A stretch of DNA of 64,000 bases from Geosiphon pyriformis uo1 (Eukaryota; Fungi; Glomeromycota). The stretch lies in NCBI GenBank assembly GCA_016748015.1, contig JAAOMT010000436.1:1548847-1612846 (forward strand), given 5' to 3'. The notes beneath the pieces are model-generated. The model saw only the letters and a list, made by a program, of their open reading frames with translations. It was not told the DNA's origin and ran no database searches. Both the position numbers and the translations under genes were made by a program. Of this stretch, positions 1-13,618 are shown one piece after another; the first letter of the stretch is position 1, and every line of letters begins with the position of its first letter.

Positions 1-1760
1 TTTATTTTATTTTGTCTTATTTGTTTTTTAGTTAAAAAACAATTATATCAATTAATTAATATTTTTAGTTATTTTTAGTTAACTTTTTTTAAATTTAATA
101 AATTAAATTAACAAATTCATAATTAGATAACTATTTATTAACAACTTAAAAATTAAAAACAAAATAAGCTATAAAACAATCTTTGTTTTTAAATTATTTT
201 TAAGTAATTCAAGCTTTTTATTTTAAACACCAATTTCTATTATAGCACAAAAAAGAGCTTAAAATAGAACAGACATATTATTAGCATCTTAAAATATTTA
301 AACTGTTTTAAGTTGTCAAAATATAAGTTCTTTATTTTTATTTTAAAGAAATTTTTAAGACTTTATAGAATGGCTCAAAGATATTAAAAAGCTATTACAA
401 CAAACCAATATAATAATAACTACAAATTCTAAATAGTTAAAGGATATTTTTAAGAATTTCTGCTACATAGTTTATTTAAAAAACTAATAGTAGAACTGTT
501 TAACAAATAATTTGATAATTATCTAAAAATACTGAACATAATACAAATTTTTTTACTATTTAATTTGAAGAAAAATTTTATATTGTAATTTTAATATCTA
601 AATAGAGAATAGAATTAGAAAAAAGAGTACAAGTTTCAAGAAAAATAATTACTAAATATGTTAAAACAATCTGAAAATTAATAAAATAAATTAACTTAGA
701 AAAAAACTAAACAAAAAAACTAAAAATATATTATTTACCAAGAGATTAAAAACAAATTTATCTTATACTATTTGGCTTTTTTTTACTATTTAAAATAATT
801 TAATCTTAAATACCACTATAGAAATAACACAGTAAATAAAAAATAATTAATATATACACTTAAGAAATATGATTTTTTCTTTAATAACTGTTTCTGTTTT
901 ATTTTTTTTTCTTAACTGGCTGCTATTTTTTATTGCTTATGTTTAGAATCTTAATAAACAATTAATAAATAAATTAACAATAAATTTTGTTTAATTTTTA
1001 AAACTATTAACAAGAGCAATACAAAAAAACAAAAAATTTTCAAAATCCCAATATCTAAATATTAATTTCAATATAATTAGTTACAGAAGTCTTAATATAA
1101 TCCAAAACCTAAAAATTAAGGTTCTTTTGTTTGCTATTAATGTAAAAACACCAATCATATAGCATAAAATTATAATGATTTCTTAATGTCTCTTTTAATT
1201 CTGAGAAACAATAATTAATTAATTAATAAAAACAACAACAATTAAACTCTTAATTTAAACACTAATTAAGCCTATGTCAATTTTTTTAGAAAAAATCTCT
1301 TAATTAAAACCACAGAAGATTAGTTTTTAAATTAATAAGTGTACTTTCTAAGAGTAAGAATACAAACAAAAAAAAATCTCTTATTTAGTTTTAACTTAAC
1401 TAATGATAACATAAAAATACAAAAAAATAATAACAAGCTATCAAGTTATATTAGATCTAAAAAAACAAAAAGTAGATTTTAACTTGGATTCTAATGCTAT
1501 TGTTTCAACATTTAATAGCAAAAATAAAATCTTAAAATTAAAAATATTCAAAAACCTACCAAAATTAAAACTGTCAAAGATTATTCAAAAATCAAGTTTT
1601 TATTCAGTTGTAAAAGATCTAATAAAAACATCTGTCTATATTACATTTGGTCAGTTCATGACACATTTACAATTTTGAAAAGACCTTAAAAAATTATTAA
1701 TTTAAAAAAAACAACAACCAAAAACCAATAAATATCTTTAACAAACAATATTAGCTCTTA

Positions 1761-2366
1761 CAGAGGGTGTCCAAAAGTTTCCGAACAAGATTTTATTTAA
1801 CAATAATATTTATTTTTTTATAAAATAAAACAAAATAAACAACATATTTATAATTTTATAGTAATTTTCTAAATTTTTCTATTAAGTGTTACTAAACGTT
1901 TAAGTCGGCGATATTTTTGGTGAGTAAATAAACGTGGACGTCCTGAACAAGGTCTTGAATCAATTGAACCAGTTTCTTTAAATCGTTTTATTGTATCCGA
2001 AACTGTTGTCAAGCTGCAATTGACTATGTTGGCAATATCACGATATTTCTTGCCATGCTGTTGTAATAAGCATATAGTAATACGTTGAGCAATCATTAAT
2101 TCTTTTTTTGCTCCCATTTCGTTTTAATAAAAACGACGAAAAAATCTTATATGCGCGTTACATTTCATTTTTATAAAAAAACGAGTATGAATAAAATCGA
2201 TTATGCGCGTCGCGAAAAAACATTATACACGCGTGTTTAAAAAATAAAAAACCCGTAATTAAATAATTAACTAACTTAATTTAGTAATAAACTCGTGCTT
2301 TTCTAATTATTCAAGCATGTGGAATGTTACTCCAAAGTTTGTTCGGAAACTTTTGGACACCCTCTG
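1761..2366 (-). mobile_element. Non-autonomous Tc1/mariner element (606 bp) inserted in the Gypsy pol region just before the protease
   Basis: Perfect 28-bp TIRs CAGAGGGTGTCCAAAAGTTTCCGAACAA (1761-1788 and 2339-2366), flanked by TA on both sides (1759-1760, 2367-2368). Confidence 0.95.
1869..2117 (-). pseudogene. Truncated Tc1 transposase, N-terminal paired-like HTH only, no DDE domain
   Basis: 82-aa ORF with HTH pattern (YRDIANIVNCSLTTVSDTIKRFKETGS) and the GRPR motif, lying inside the TIRs. Confidence 0.85.
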
Positions 2367-5300
2367 TAGTAATAATGTTACTCTCTTTATTTGTAAGACT
2401 TAGATTATTGGGTATTTTATAGATCTAATATTAAATAGTGATTTATTAGTTAGTGTTATTGCTCAACACTTTTTAGACACAATTAGAAAAAAGATAGATA
2501 AACTATTAATCAGATTTATGATCAATATTCATAGAAACAAAAAGAAAGATCTAGAAATTGTTAAAGCTGTTCTTATTTAAATTAATAGAATTTATATTGA
2601 AATTAATATAAAAGCATAAAAAGCAAAAAATTATACTATAATTATTAGAAATAAATGGCTAAAGAAAACAAAAACTCTTTTTAATTATGAACTTTGTAAA
2701 TTTATAATTTAAAGTAAGGCCTAATCAATTGTGATCAAATATTATTATTAGACTATTTCTTCTGCTGTAATTCAATAACAATAGTAGCAAAGCAACAATA
2801 ATAACAACTCTGATAATTTTAAAAACTCTAAAGAAAAAAAAACCAAAAATATCCAACTAATTTATTTGAAGCCCTACTAATTAAATTAACAAAATAATAA
2901 GTTTATCAAAAAAATAGATTAAATAAAAAAACTCGAATTTATATAAAAAACCAAAAATAAATAAGCATTTTCTGTTATAGTAATATATATAAAAAAAAAA
3001 CTTTATGAATTTATGTAAATTATTAACAGCTAAATACAATTACCAAATAAGATATATATTTTTTTTCAAAAGTTAATAACACTCTTATTGATTTAAAAGC
3101 TTAATATATTTTATAACTATTAATTTAACTATTGAATTTTAACAAGTAAAAATAAATTCTACCAGCAAAAAAAAAACTATATTTATTATAAAATACAAAA
3201 CCTATAAATTTACAGTAATTTTCTTTAGATTAATAAATGTTTCACTCATATTTCAAAGATTAATAAATAAAGTATTCGGATCAGAACATTAAAAATTTTT
3301 TTTTGTGTATTTTGATAATATATCTATATACTTGAAAACTTAAAATGAACATTTAAAACACTTTCAAAAAGTTTTTGACTTCCTAAGAAATACTAAACTC
3401 AAGATTAATTCTATTAAATTATTTTTCAGAAAACAGTTTATCCAGTTTTTAGATTATTTTATAACAAAAAATAGAATTTTTTCAGACTTAGTCTAAGTTA
3501 AAAAAGTACAAAAGCTTAAACAATCAATGAATATTTCCAAGCTATAATTTTATCTGAAATTAGTCTTATATTATTAAAATTTTATTAAAAGTTTCTTTAA
3601 AATTGTACGTCTATTTAATTAGCTCTTAAGAAAATATGTTAATTATTATTAAAGTACTTTTTAACAAAAAATATTTGAAACTTTCAAAAAAAAACTAACT
3701 ACTAAACCAATTTTAAAGCAATTAAACTTTGACAAGCCATTAATTTTTTACACTAATATCTTTAATGTTTTTTTGAATGCTGTTTATTACAAAAAAAAGA
3801 AAAAAAAACAATTCATAACATATAGTAGTAGAATCTTTTAACAAATGAAAAAAATGATATAATAACCAAAAAAAAATGCATGGCAATAGTATAATCTGTT
3901 AATTATTAAAACAAATATCTTATGAAAAAAAATTTGATATATACATGGATTATTAAGCTTTAGTTTAATTAAAGAATAAAAGAAAGTAAGATTATAAAAG
4001 ACTTTTTCAATAAATTATTTATTTAGATAAATTTGATTATAATATTAAATACCAAAAAAAATAAGCAATCAAAATACAGATGTTCTATTCTGATTAATTA
4101 CCCAGTAAAAATTAATTAACAAAATTAATCAAATTGATTATTAATAAAATGCTTAACTAAACAAATGACAAATAGATTTAGAAAACTATTTAGCACTTAT
4201 TAAATTTTTAAGTAAAAAAAAATACTTACTAAAATATAATTGGCAACAAAAAAAATATTTATAAAAATAGTTAAATTTTTATTTGATTTACTAAAACCAA
4301 TTATATTAAAAAAATTAAAAAGATTCTAATTAATTACAAATAGTTATCTAATTTAAAAAAAATTATAATATACAATATGCATACCGATTTTTTAGCATAA
4401 TATTTCAGAAAAACAAAGATCATCCAAAAAATATAAGCAAAATATTATTGATTAACATTAGAGAAAGATATAACAAAATATATAGAGAATATTCATTAGT
4501 TAATTTTTTAACAGAATTGGAATTAATATTATTGGATCTTTAACAGTAATTTCTAATGAAAATAGATAAATTATAATAATAACTGATTATTTAATATAAT
4601 AGATAAAAGCCAGAGCAATACCAAACCGTATAGCTGTTTCAATTGCCAACTTTATCTATAAAAAAATTATGTGTAAATATAGATGTTTTTGAAAACTACT
4701 TTTAGATAAAAAAAGAGCTTTTTTTAGCTCTTTAGTAAAAGAACTATTAAAAAAACTCAGAGTATATCATAAATTTTTATTTCTTTATTATTTACAAACC
4801 AATAGATTGGTGAAATATTTTAATTAAAAACTTTGTAAAACTTTAGCAAAAACCAGTAAAGCAACAAACTTATAAAACAAAGTCTTATTTTTAGTTTTTT
4901 TTGTCTATAAAACAATAAATCATAATATAACTAAATATAAACTCTTTTACTTACTTTATGAATATATAACAATATTACTTATTAAAACTAATATCAAAAC
5001 AATATTCTTTAAAAAAATAACTGAATTTAATTATAAAAACATTTTGCAATAAAAACTTAAAACAATTTTAAATACTTTAGTAAAAACATAAATAATTGTT
5101 TATAAAAAAATAAAAATCTTTCAAGAAAGACTCAAGAAAAAAAAAACATATAAAACACTTTTTCTAAGTATTAATGACTTAGTTCTTGAATACAGATCAG
5201 ATTAAAACAATGCTTTTGGTAACAAATTTTCAAGTTAATAGAAAAAACTATTTATAATTAACAAAGTTTTAAACAATAGATTTTATATTTTACAAACAAT

Positions 5301-5597
5301 ATTTAATGATCGACTTGTTAATGATATACGAATCAAAAAATATCATAAAAGAACCAATTGGCTACCAATTATTATAATACTATTACCAGCCGAAATTTGA
5401 AATATTAATTAGCATGAAATTATTCCTATAATTCTTATTACCAACTAATATATATTATTGTTTTAATTTATTACTTATTATCTTATCAAATTATCCTAAT
5501 TATTATCTAATTAATAACTTGATTTGTACAGAACACAAATATAACCAAATTGTGATAATTAGATTATGTAATACACCAAACTATATAATATTCAGAA

Positions 5598-5715
5598 TTT
5601 GCTGAAATATTTAGTAATCCGACAAAATATTCAATAGTTTATCAAAATAATTTATAGTTTGCAGAAATAACTTGTAGTTCAACAAAATGTATTTTTAGTT
5701 TATCAAAATATTAGG
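5598..5715. repeat. Degenerate ~20-bp tandem repeat, about 6 copies
   Basis: Units start near 5598, 5618, 5638, 5658, 5678 and 5699, approximating TTTATCAAAATAATTTATAG. Confidence 0.55.
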
Positions 5716-7849
5716 AAAAAAATGCTAAATCATAAAATAGTATTATAACAAGTTGTATAAAAGAAAAGCTTTTCTTTTAAAAAAATGTATTTCAGTTAGA
5801 ATTAAATTTCACTAGATATCTCTTTTATAAATTAACTCCAATAAAACTTACTTAAAAAATATAAAATTCCTTAATTATTATTACTTCGAAATTAACCCTT
5901 TATACTAATATTTTGAAATTAATTAGTTACTAATTTCAATAACTGTTAATGATTTCCAAACTTGGATTTAAAACAACTTCCTTAACATATTTTTTTACTT
6001 TTTTTTTTAGTTTATTTTCTTTTTCTTTTTTTATTCTTTTTTTTTATATTATTAGGTAGTTTATAGTCGAGATTTTTTGTAGAAAAATTATTATTTACAG
6101 CAAAGTAATTAAACACAATTTTAAAGAACTTACAAACAAAATTATTTGGTAAAAAAGTCAACTTTTACTACAAAATAACTATACAAGTAATTAGTACAGA
6201 GTTAATTATTCTATTATAAGCCCAACAGTATACATAGTCTAAAGTATAGAAAAATATTTTAGAAGGAAAATTAACTTATTAAAGATTTATTAACTTCTAT
6301 TAACAGCAGAATTAGCAGAAAAATAGTATTAACAATATTAAAAAAATGTAAAAAACTATCCAAATATTTTGCTTATTATTAAAGAACAAATAATAATTAA
6401 AAATAAAATTGGAGTACATTCTGTTATTAGCCTCTAAAGAACTGTTATAAAAAGACAAAAAATTGATAGTAAATTAGAAAGATATATGTTTAAATATATA
6501 ACTACTAAAATAATTAATTTTTTTAACACAATTAAAAAAAATAAACAAAATATTACTTATAAATAAAAATTTTTTATATAAAAAACAACTTAAAAATTAT
6601 AGAAAATATAAAGCTTTTGAAAAAAACAACTTTAGAAATCTGGAGAAAAATTTTGAATATTGTATATTTAAATGTTCTAAAAGTTTTAATTATTGCAAAA
6701 AAAGCCAAAACATTCATACAAAAATTTGATTTTTTAGATTTAAAACTAATATTGTTTCTGTTTTTTTACATACTCTTAGTCAAAAATTTTAACAAATTAG
6801 TTAGCTTTAATATAGAAATTTTCAAGCTTTTCTTATATAATTTTATTTTATTAAAGCTTAATCTTTTTAAAAATAATAATATTATAGATAAAACTTTTAC
6901 TTTTTAATTTTTATTTATTTACTTAACCATATATATTAGTTATTGATATTATATAATTAACCAGTTTATTTTTAGAATAAATTATTAATATAATTAATAA
7001 TTTGATTATTGATTTGGTTATTAATATAATTATTAACTTAATTATTAATTTGTTTACTAATCTAATTATTGACTGAATTATTAATATAATTATTAACTTG
7101 ATTATTGATTTTTTTTAATAATATATAAGTAAGACTTTTTAAAAACTATAGAAAAGCATTATTTATACTCAAATTATAATTAAATTAATACAATAATATT
7201 TATTTTTTTATTTTTTATTATTATTTTTTTCTCTTTTTTTTACATTGTATAATTGTTAGTTTTTGTAAAATATCTTACAATTATGAATAAACTTAATAAA
7301 GTAAAGATATAATATTTTAATATTTATAATTTGGTTATAAAAGCTAAACAATTTTTGAATAAATTGGTTTTGAATATAAAATAAACTATTAGTCTTTAAA
7401 AAAATTTTTGTTTGTTATATTATCTATTAAGTTTTTTTCATATTAATTAATTATAATTACTAGGGTTTAGTATTGTTTTTTTGTCTTTTTAATAAACTAA
7501 TAAGATAAAATTAATATTTAATACTTAGAAAAAGCTTTTCTTTTTTATTAAGTTTTTATAAAATTTAATTCCAAAAAAGTTGATTTTCAATATTACTACT
7601 TTACAAAAAATAAAAAAATAAAATAAAACAAAAGAAAATAAAATAAAAAAATAGAAAAAAAAATTAATATTCTGTTAATTGTCATAATTAAAAACATATA
7701 GTTTAAGTTGTTAAAGTTTTAAAAATATCTATGCTAATTGTATTCGGCCTAGAACTAAAATAAAAAAAAACAATCAATTAGATTTTAACAATTAGAGTAT
7801 TAGAATCATATACTTGTAAATTGAATAATAATATTTTATTTAATAAATA

Positions 7850-10800
7850 AGAAATATAAAAAAAATAAGAATATAGAATAAATTTTATTCTGGTTTGTTT
7901 TTTATCTGCTAAAACTATTTGTTTTTATATATTTTTTTTTAATTTTATAAGATTGTTTTTAATTTTTTATTATTATTAATTATTGCTTACTATATTGGTT
8001 ATTACTTTATTTTTTCATATTATAATTAGATATTTTATATTATTTTTAGTTATTTTGTAATATTTTATATTAAAAAAACTTAAACCCAATAATTAAAATA
8101 CTATTAAAGACATTAGATTATTATTAGTTAAAGATTTTCAAATAAAAAATTACTTATTTAAAAACTTTTAACAAACAAACAAATTTGAATTACAAACAAA
8201 AATATGGTTTAAAAACTCCATTTTTTTTACAATATATACATAATATACTAAAATATTTACTATTATACAAATATTTTTTGATAATAACTAATAATTTTTT
8301 ATTTACAGTTTTTATTAAATATGTATTTACACCAGTAATAAACTTGTTTATAATATTAGCAATCATATAAAAATTAGAATATTAAACCAAAATAGTAAGA
8401 TATTAGTTAATATTACCAATAAAAAACAAATTTACAGTTTTAAAATCTGAATTAATTTTTTATAAAAAATATTATTTGCTAATTTTATTAAATAATAGAT
8501 ATTGCTAAAAACTATTAATTAGTTATCATTAAAAATTTTTTTTTAATATTTATAAAAAAACAAATCCAAAAATATTAACTTAATTTGTTAATATATTGGT
8601 TTATTTATTATCTAAAATACCAAAATAATCTTTAATTTTTATTTACTTAATAAAAATATTTTAAATTTAATAAATTTTTAACATAATAATACTTAATTTA
8701 GCAATTATTACAAAAATCAAAAATTTTTAACAATATTTCAGTATTATAAATATTTAAAAAAACTTGACTGTTAAAAAAAATTTTAATATTAAATAATATT
8801 AAAATATATTTAAGTGCTAAAATAATAATCTGTATTTCAATCAGAATTAAAAACAATAAATCATAAATTTTAATATCAGTTTTCAAATTAATATTAAGAA
8901 AATAAGTTATAGTATTACCAATAATATTAAAAAAACTAAATTTTTAACAAAAAAATAGCTTACAATTTAGATTAAATAAACCAAAAGCATTAGTATTTAA
9001 CATATTTATATAAAAAAATTTTTCAAAAAAAAATAAAAAATTCTTAATTAAACTATTATTCAAAACAAATTTTAAAACATAAGTAAACCATAAAGAACTT
9101 AAGTTTTTTGGATTTATGTATTTTTAATAATTATTTAATAATTAATTAGTAAAAACAATATTAAAATATTTGAAAATTCTAACAATTTGAAATATTCTAT
9201 AAAGTTTAATATGTTTAAAACAAAGATGCTATACTTAAAATAAAATATATTAAATATATTGACAGCTAAAAAAATTTCATTGTTCAGAAATATATTTGTA
9301 ATATTTGCTAAAAAATTGTTTATAAAGTTAATTCTTAGCTTAATTAAAAACTGAAAAAGATTTTGAAAAATCCAATTCATTATCTGTAAATCTATTAATT
9401 TGTGTCTAAAAAGTCTATTAATAATTCTTTTAGTATTAACCAAACCAATTACTAAAACCACTTTATTCTTAGTTTGAACTTAATTAAACAGTTTTAAATT
9501 ATACAATAATAGATAATATATAGCTTTACTCAGAAATCTTTTAGACAAATTAGTTTTATGTTTCAACTTTTTCTGATTAAATAATTTTATTTTTTACATA
9601 TACTTTTGCTTACAAAACTGGATTGAATCCTGTAATTAACAATAAATTACAACACAACTGAAACCAAATATATAAACTGTTTGTTAGAAATAACTTTATA
9701 TAACATTATAAATAAATAAAAGTTTATATTCAAATAAGTTTTTTTTAAACTCTATATATGTTTATTAAAATTCTTTTGATTATTAAAATAAACAATGAAT
9801 TGATTCAAATAGTTTTTAAAAATATTATTTATTAATAATTAAAATGTAATAAATATATTTATTAGATCAAGAAACATAATTAAATACTCAAAATGGCTAT
9901 AAAATGTTTAAAAAACAGTTTTTTTTTGTTTATATATACTAAATTATATGTACTTTAAAGATTGATTTTGGTAAATATTTAAGTAAATCACAATTAATTC
10001 AAAAAATTTGATAACGATTTTTAATCATAATTTAAATAAGATTCTAAGAATTATTACAAAGTTAAAGGAACTATTTTTCTTTTTAATAAAAAGTATTTAT
10101 ATTTTTGTTAGAGATTTTTAACCACATATTTTTAAAAAAATTGTAAATAAAATTTTTTTAAAATTAATAAAACAAATATAAATAATATTCTAAAAACACT
10201 TTGGCTTTTTTTTGTTAAATATATTAATAAAATTTTAAGCATTTAAAATAAAAACTAAGTATTCAAATACAATAATTTTTACTGTATTTGAATTTAGTTG
10301 TTTTTTAATAAACTAAATTAATTTTTTTAATTAACTTAGTAAAATATTAATAAGTAATATAACTAAGTTTTTTATAACACAAATAAAAGTTATTGATTTA
10401 ATAATAGAGTTTTTTGGTTTTTGTAAAAAACTTGAAATAAGTTGTATTAATTAATATTAGATTATTACATAATAAAAATGTTAAGTGACTTATTGCTAAA
10501 AGCAAAAAAAGCAGAATTGATAATATATTTTTGAAAATATTATTTTTTAAAATATTTAAAAAATCAATTATTATAGTAAACTGTATTATTAATGGCTTTA
10601 TTAAATATTGTAAAATTTAATGAAATTAATAAACAATCTATAACATAATTGTAAAAACCAAAATAAAACTAATTAATCAAAGTTTTTTTATTCTGATTAA
10701 TATTATATGCTTTTTAATAAAATTTAACTGCACAAGTTATAGGAAAACAATTTTTTTATCCGAGATAACATATTTAATTGGCTAAAATCCAAGTTTTATC

Positions 10801-12000
10801 TGTATTATTAAAAGTTGATTTAAAATTTTTTAAAGTCTTAAAATAGTAAAAAAAATTGTTTAATTAAAAAAAGAAAAACCAAATAAAAACAGTTCTTATA
10901 GGAAATATGTTACCAAATTTAATATTATTTAGATAATAACAAGAATAAAATAATATAACAAATTAAATTTAATTAACAAAATTTCAACAATTTTCATTGA
11001 ATTACTTTATTGTATATAGTGTAATTCAGTTATAATTTAAATCCATCTAATAAATACAGCTTATATTAAAAATATTATTATTATTATTATTATTATTATA
11101 CTGTTATAAATTAAAATAATATATTAACAGATAACAAAAAAATATAATTATTATATAACAACAAAATGATCAAAAAAAATTTATAAAAAATAATAAATTA
11201 AATAAGTAAGTAATTCAAATTACAGTTTTTGATCTTTTTAAAAAAATTTAAAAATAGAAAAATAGTTTATATTGTTAATAAAAAATAATACAGCTGCTAT
11301 AACTATATGCTTTAATTAACATTTTTAGAATTAAATAACAAATATTAGTTTCTTTTTAATAATTTTTTATTTATTAAGCTTATCAATATACAAAAAGAAA
11401 ATTGTAATCTTTTATCAAATTAAAAAAAATTGATTATTTAAATTGTTAATGTTTAAATAGTCAGATTGATTTTTGTTGATCAAATGCTTTTCAACAACTT
11501 TGGAAAATCTCATTTAATAATTAAACTAATGATTTTAATCAATAATTTATATTAATAATTGAATTAATAACTAAGTCAATAATAATAAAAATATTTTTTA
11601 AAAAAATTTTAATTTAAGAATTTTATATATACAAGTATTTATGATTTGTTAAAATTATAAATGTATGAATATCTTTACATATTATTTTTTAAGCAATATA
11701 ATATTATTAACCAATTTCGGCCATTGAATATACATAACAAATATAGAATAAAAATAAATATTTACAAATTTAGATCTTCTGATATATATTTTTTATTGCT
11801 TAAAAAACTTTCAGTGCTGTTTAAATACATCCAATATATACATGCTTTTTAAACGTGACTAGCCACTTAATATATTTACTTAAAATATTTTTTAGAACAA
11901 TAATAAAAATGATTTTATCAAAGATTTTTATTTTTTACAAACTAATTAAAAAGCATTAAAAAACAATAAAATACCATAGTTGTTTATATATTATTATTAT
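7850..12000 (-). mobile_element. Degenerate non-LTR (LINE) retrotransposon with RT, RNase H and C-terminal CxxC
   Basis: Minus-strand remnants: LVYINK (decayed YxDD) ~9925-9945; KAIYYLLLYNLKLFN*VQTK ~9470-9530; RNase H-like LIEIQIIILALKYI..KIFFNSQVFLN in ORF 8698-8886; LCIYCKK ~8230-8250. The segments align by eye with better-preserved LINE fragments at 12.2 kb and 29.1 kb. Ends approximate. Confidence 0.75.
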
Positions 12001-12179
12001 GAAATATGAAAATAATTTAAATAATTACGAATAAAAAAAAATATTATAATAAAAAAACTTGATATATTATTTATAATAATTAATTGTGCCTGAAGGAAAA
12101 GAATGTAATATTCACAAAAAGTAGTGCCACCATTAGTCTGAACTTAATACTCCAATTTTAGGAATAAGTGCTTGATGAA

Positions 12180-12325
12180 GAGACGCATTGATTGGGAGGA
12201 CCGTCTTGGTATGCATCCAGATTCACACCTCGCTGCTGACTTGACTAGTCAGGAATATTGGTCTTCACACCTATATTATGAAGGCAATTGATGGGAGGCT
12301 CCCTGTAGCAAAACGGAAAAAGGTG
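12180..12325 (+). mobile_element. Short, GC-richer LINE fragment (post-RNase H region)
   Basis: IDWEDRLGMHPDSHLAADLTS..IMKAIDGRLPVAKRKK is homologous to the decayed YSNFYMIANIIN..LIKTVNKKLLVIIKK at ~8290-8390 (-). Confidence 0.65.
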
Positions 12326-12349
12326 AGATCTTTTGGTCGAATGGTAGAC

Positions 12350-12505
12350 TCTTTCTTTTATACCAGATTGTTATGGGATTTGTGAGGCCTACTTAATTTT
12401 AGTCTCCATAAAGTTGACATATGTAATGAGTAAAAAATATTTGTATTTGTGGTTTGCAATTTTAGCATAATTTTATAATATAATCAACATGAGAAGTAAG
12501 AAAAT
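12350..12505 (-). pseudogene. Myb-family fragment P0: exon 1 and 5' part of the intron only
   Basis: Reverse complement matches the leader exon and intron of copies F and H (TTGCAAACCACAAATAC..GTCAACTTTATGGAGA..GTAGGCC..CAAATCCCATAACAAT). Confidence 0.75.
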
Positions 12506-12559
12506 TGGTAATATAATCTTTATTTATAGCTTATATATTAGGTCACGTTACTATTTAGA

Positions 12560-13070
12560 GATGATTGGTTCAATTGTCATTGATACTAAAAAATCATTTT
12601 GAACACTTTTACGGAAATCATATCGTTATAAAGCCGAAAGCGCTCAATGAAATGTATTCAGAGTTCTCAAGGCTTGGTTCCTTTGCCATTCTGCCTAAAC
12701 ATGTCTCTTACCTCTACTAATAATGTGACCTCCAAGCAAGACTTTTGCGTCGTATTCTATTATAGCCCCTATTGAGAACCTTTGGGCTATTTCAGAGTAT
12801 AAAAGTAGAGAAAAAGCAAAAGGAATAGTGACAAAAAAAAGCTGTATCTCGAAGTCTTTATTGAAATATTAAAAAAGAATATGTAACCCTTCCAGAGGAG
12901 ATGGTACTTAATAATATTCATAGTACATTTGCCCATATTTCAAGCTTATATAAATGCAGAACGAGGCAATACTACAGATTAGTTTATATATATATTATAG
13001 TATTTAGTATTAAGGTATCTTGATTAAAAAAATCTCCTGGATTTGTGCTTAAAAATTATGCAATCCAAAA
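12560..13070 (+). mobile_element. Deleted Tc1/mariner remnant
   Basis: PIENLWAI motif ~12768-12791 and C-terminal INAERGNT; inverted homologue of 31640-31930. Confidence 0.65.
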
Positions 13071-13511
13071 AAGTTTTCCACCAAGACTCTTAAAAGCTGG
13101 GTAATTTTTTAGCATAATTTTATAAACTAGATGAAGTACTTGCTATTTATCTACATATATTACTATGTTTTGGCGTGTACTTTACTCAATTAAATTATAC
13201 TTATATGCATTAATCATGAAGCCTCTTTAAATTAAGTCACTACCAGAAGAGAAAAAACTGGCAGTAAAATGGATAAATATGTGCTTGAATGTATAACTGC
13301 AACTATACTATCACCTTCCAACACACTTGGAAAAACAATTAAAGAAATCTTGCCTATTGACAAAAACTTGTCATATGGAAGACAACTAAAGCTCTATGGT
13401 TGACTGGTTCAAATTAGTTGATTATTAATGATTTGTGAAGCTTATTTATTAATTGATTTTTTCAAAAAAAAACCCAGCTTAACAAACATGGACGATTTAG
13501 CCGTGAAACAA

Positions 13512-13552
13512 AAAGATGATCGGCCTCATGGGTGTGTATATAAATAGATAAA
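13512..13552 (+). promoter_or_regulatory. Conserved core-promoter block of the Myb family with TATA-like TATAAATAGA
   Basis: AAAAGATGATC(G/A)GCCTCATGGGTGT..TATAAATAGATA recurs before copies A, B (~15641-15680) and E (~31470-31510, -). TAAATAGA also lies about 30-80 nt before the ATG of C, D, F and H. Confidence 0.55.
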
Positions 13553-13618
13553 TGTAGTAGAAAAAAAATTTTATTTCTAATTTTCTTACTTTCCCATGTT
13601 ATTTATCTCATTAAAATC

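Larger units (their letters stand above)
280..5400 (+). mobile_element. Degenerate Ty3/Gypsy LTR retrotransposon, gag-PR-RT-RH-INT order, many stops; LTRs not identified
   Basis: Hand translation shows decayed motifs. Gag ~540-850 (FEEKF..ILISK*RIELEKRVQ). Protease LILNSDLLVSVI at 2425 (from LILDSG). RT ~2965-3420 (FTVIFFRLINVSLIFQRLINKVF; VFDNISIY for YxDD). RNase H ~3750 (YTNIFNVFLNAVLLQ). Integrase ~4500-4830 (RIGINIIGSL; YYLQTNRLVK). Boundaries approximate. Confidence 0.88.

Noticed and set aside
1484-1678. ORF beginning LDSNA, resembling a retroviral protease DSG motif
   Set aside because: The better protease remnant, with its downstream IIIRNKWL (from IIxGxxWL), is at 2425-2700. This ORF is gag-pol linker and not a gene.
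6617-11852. Short I/L/F/N/K-rich ORFs that look like membrane proteins
   Set aside because: By-products of AT-saturated TE decay; 8698-8886 and 9135-9461 are LINE remnants.
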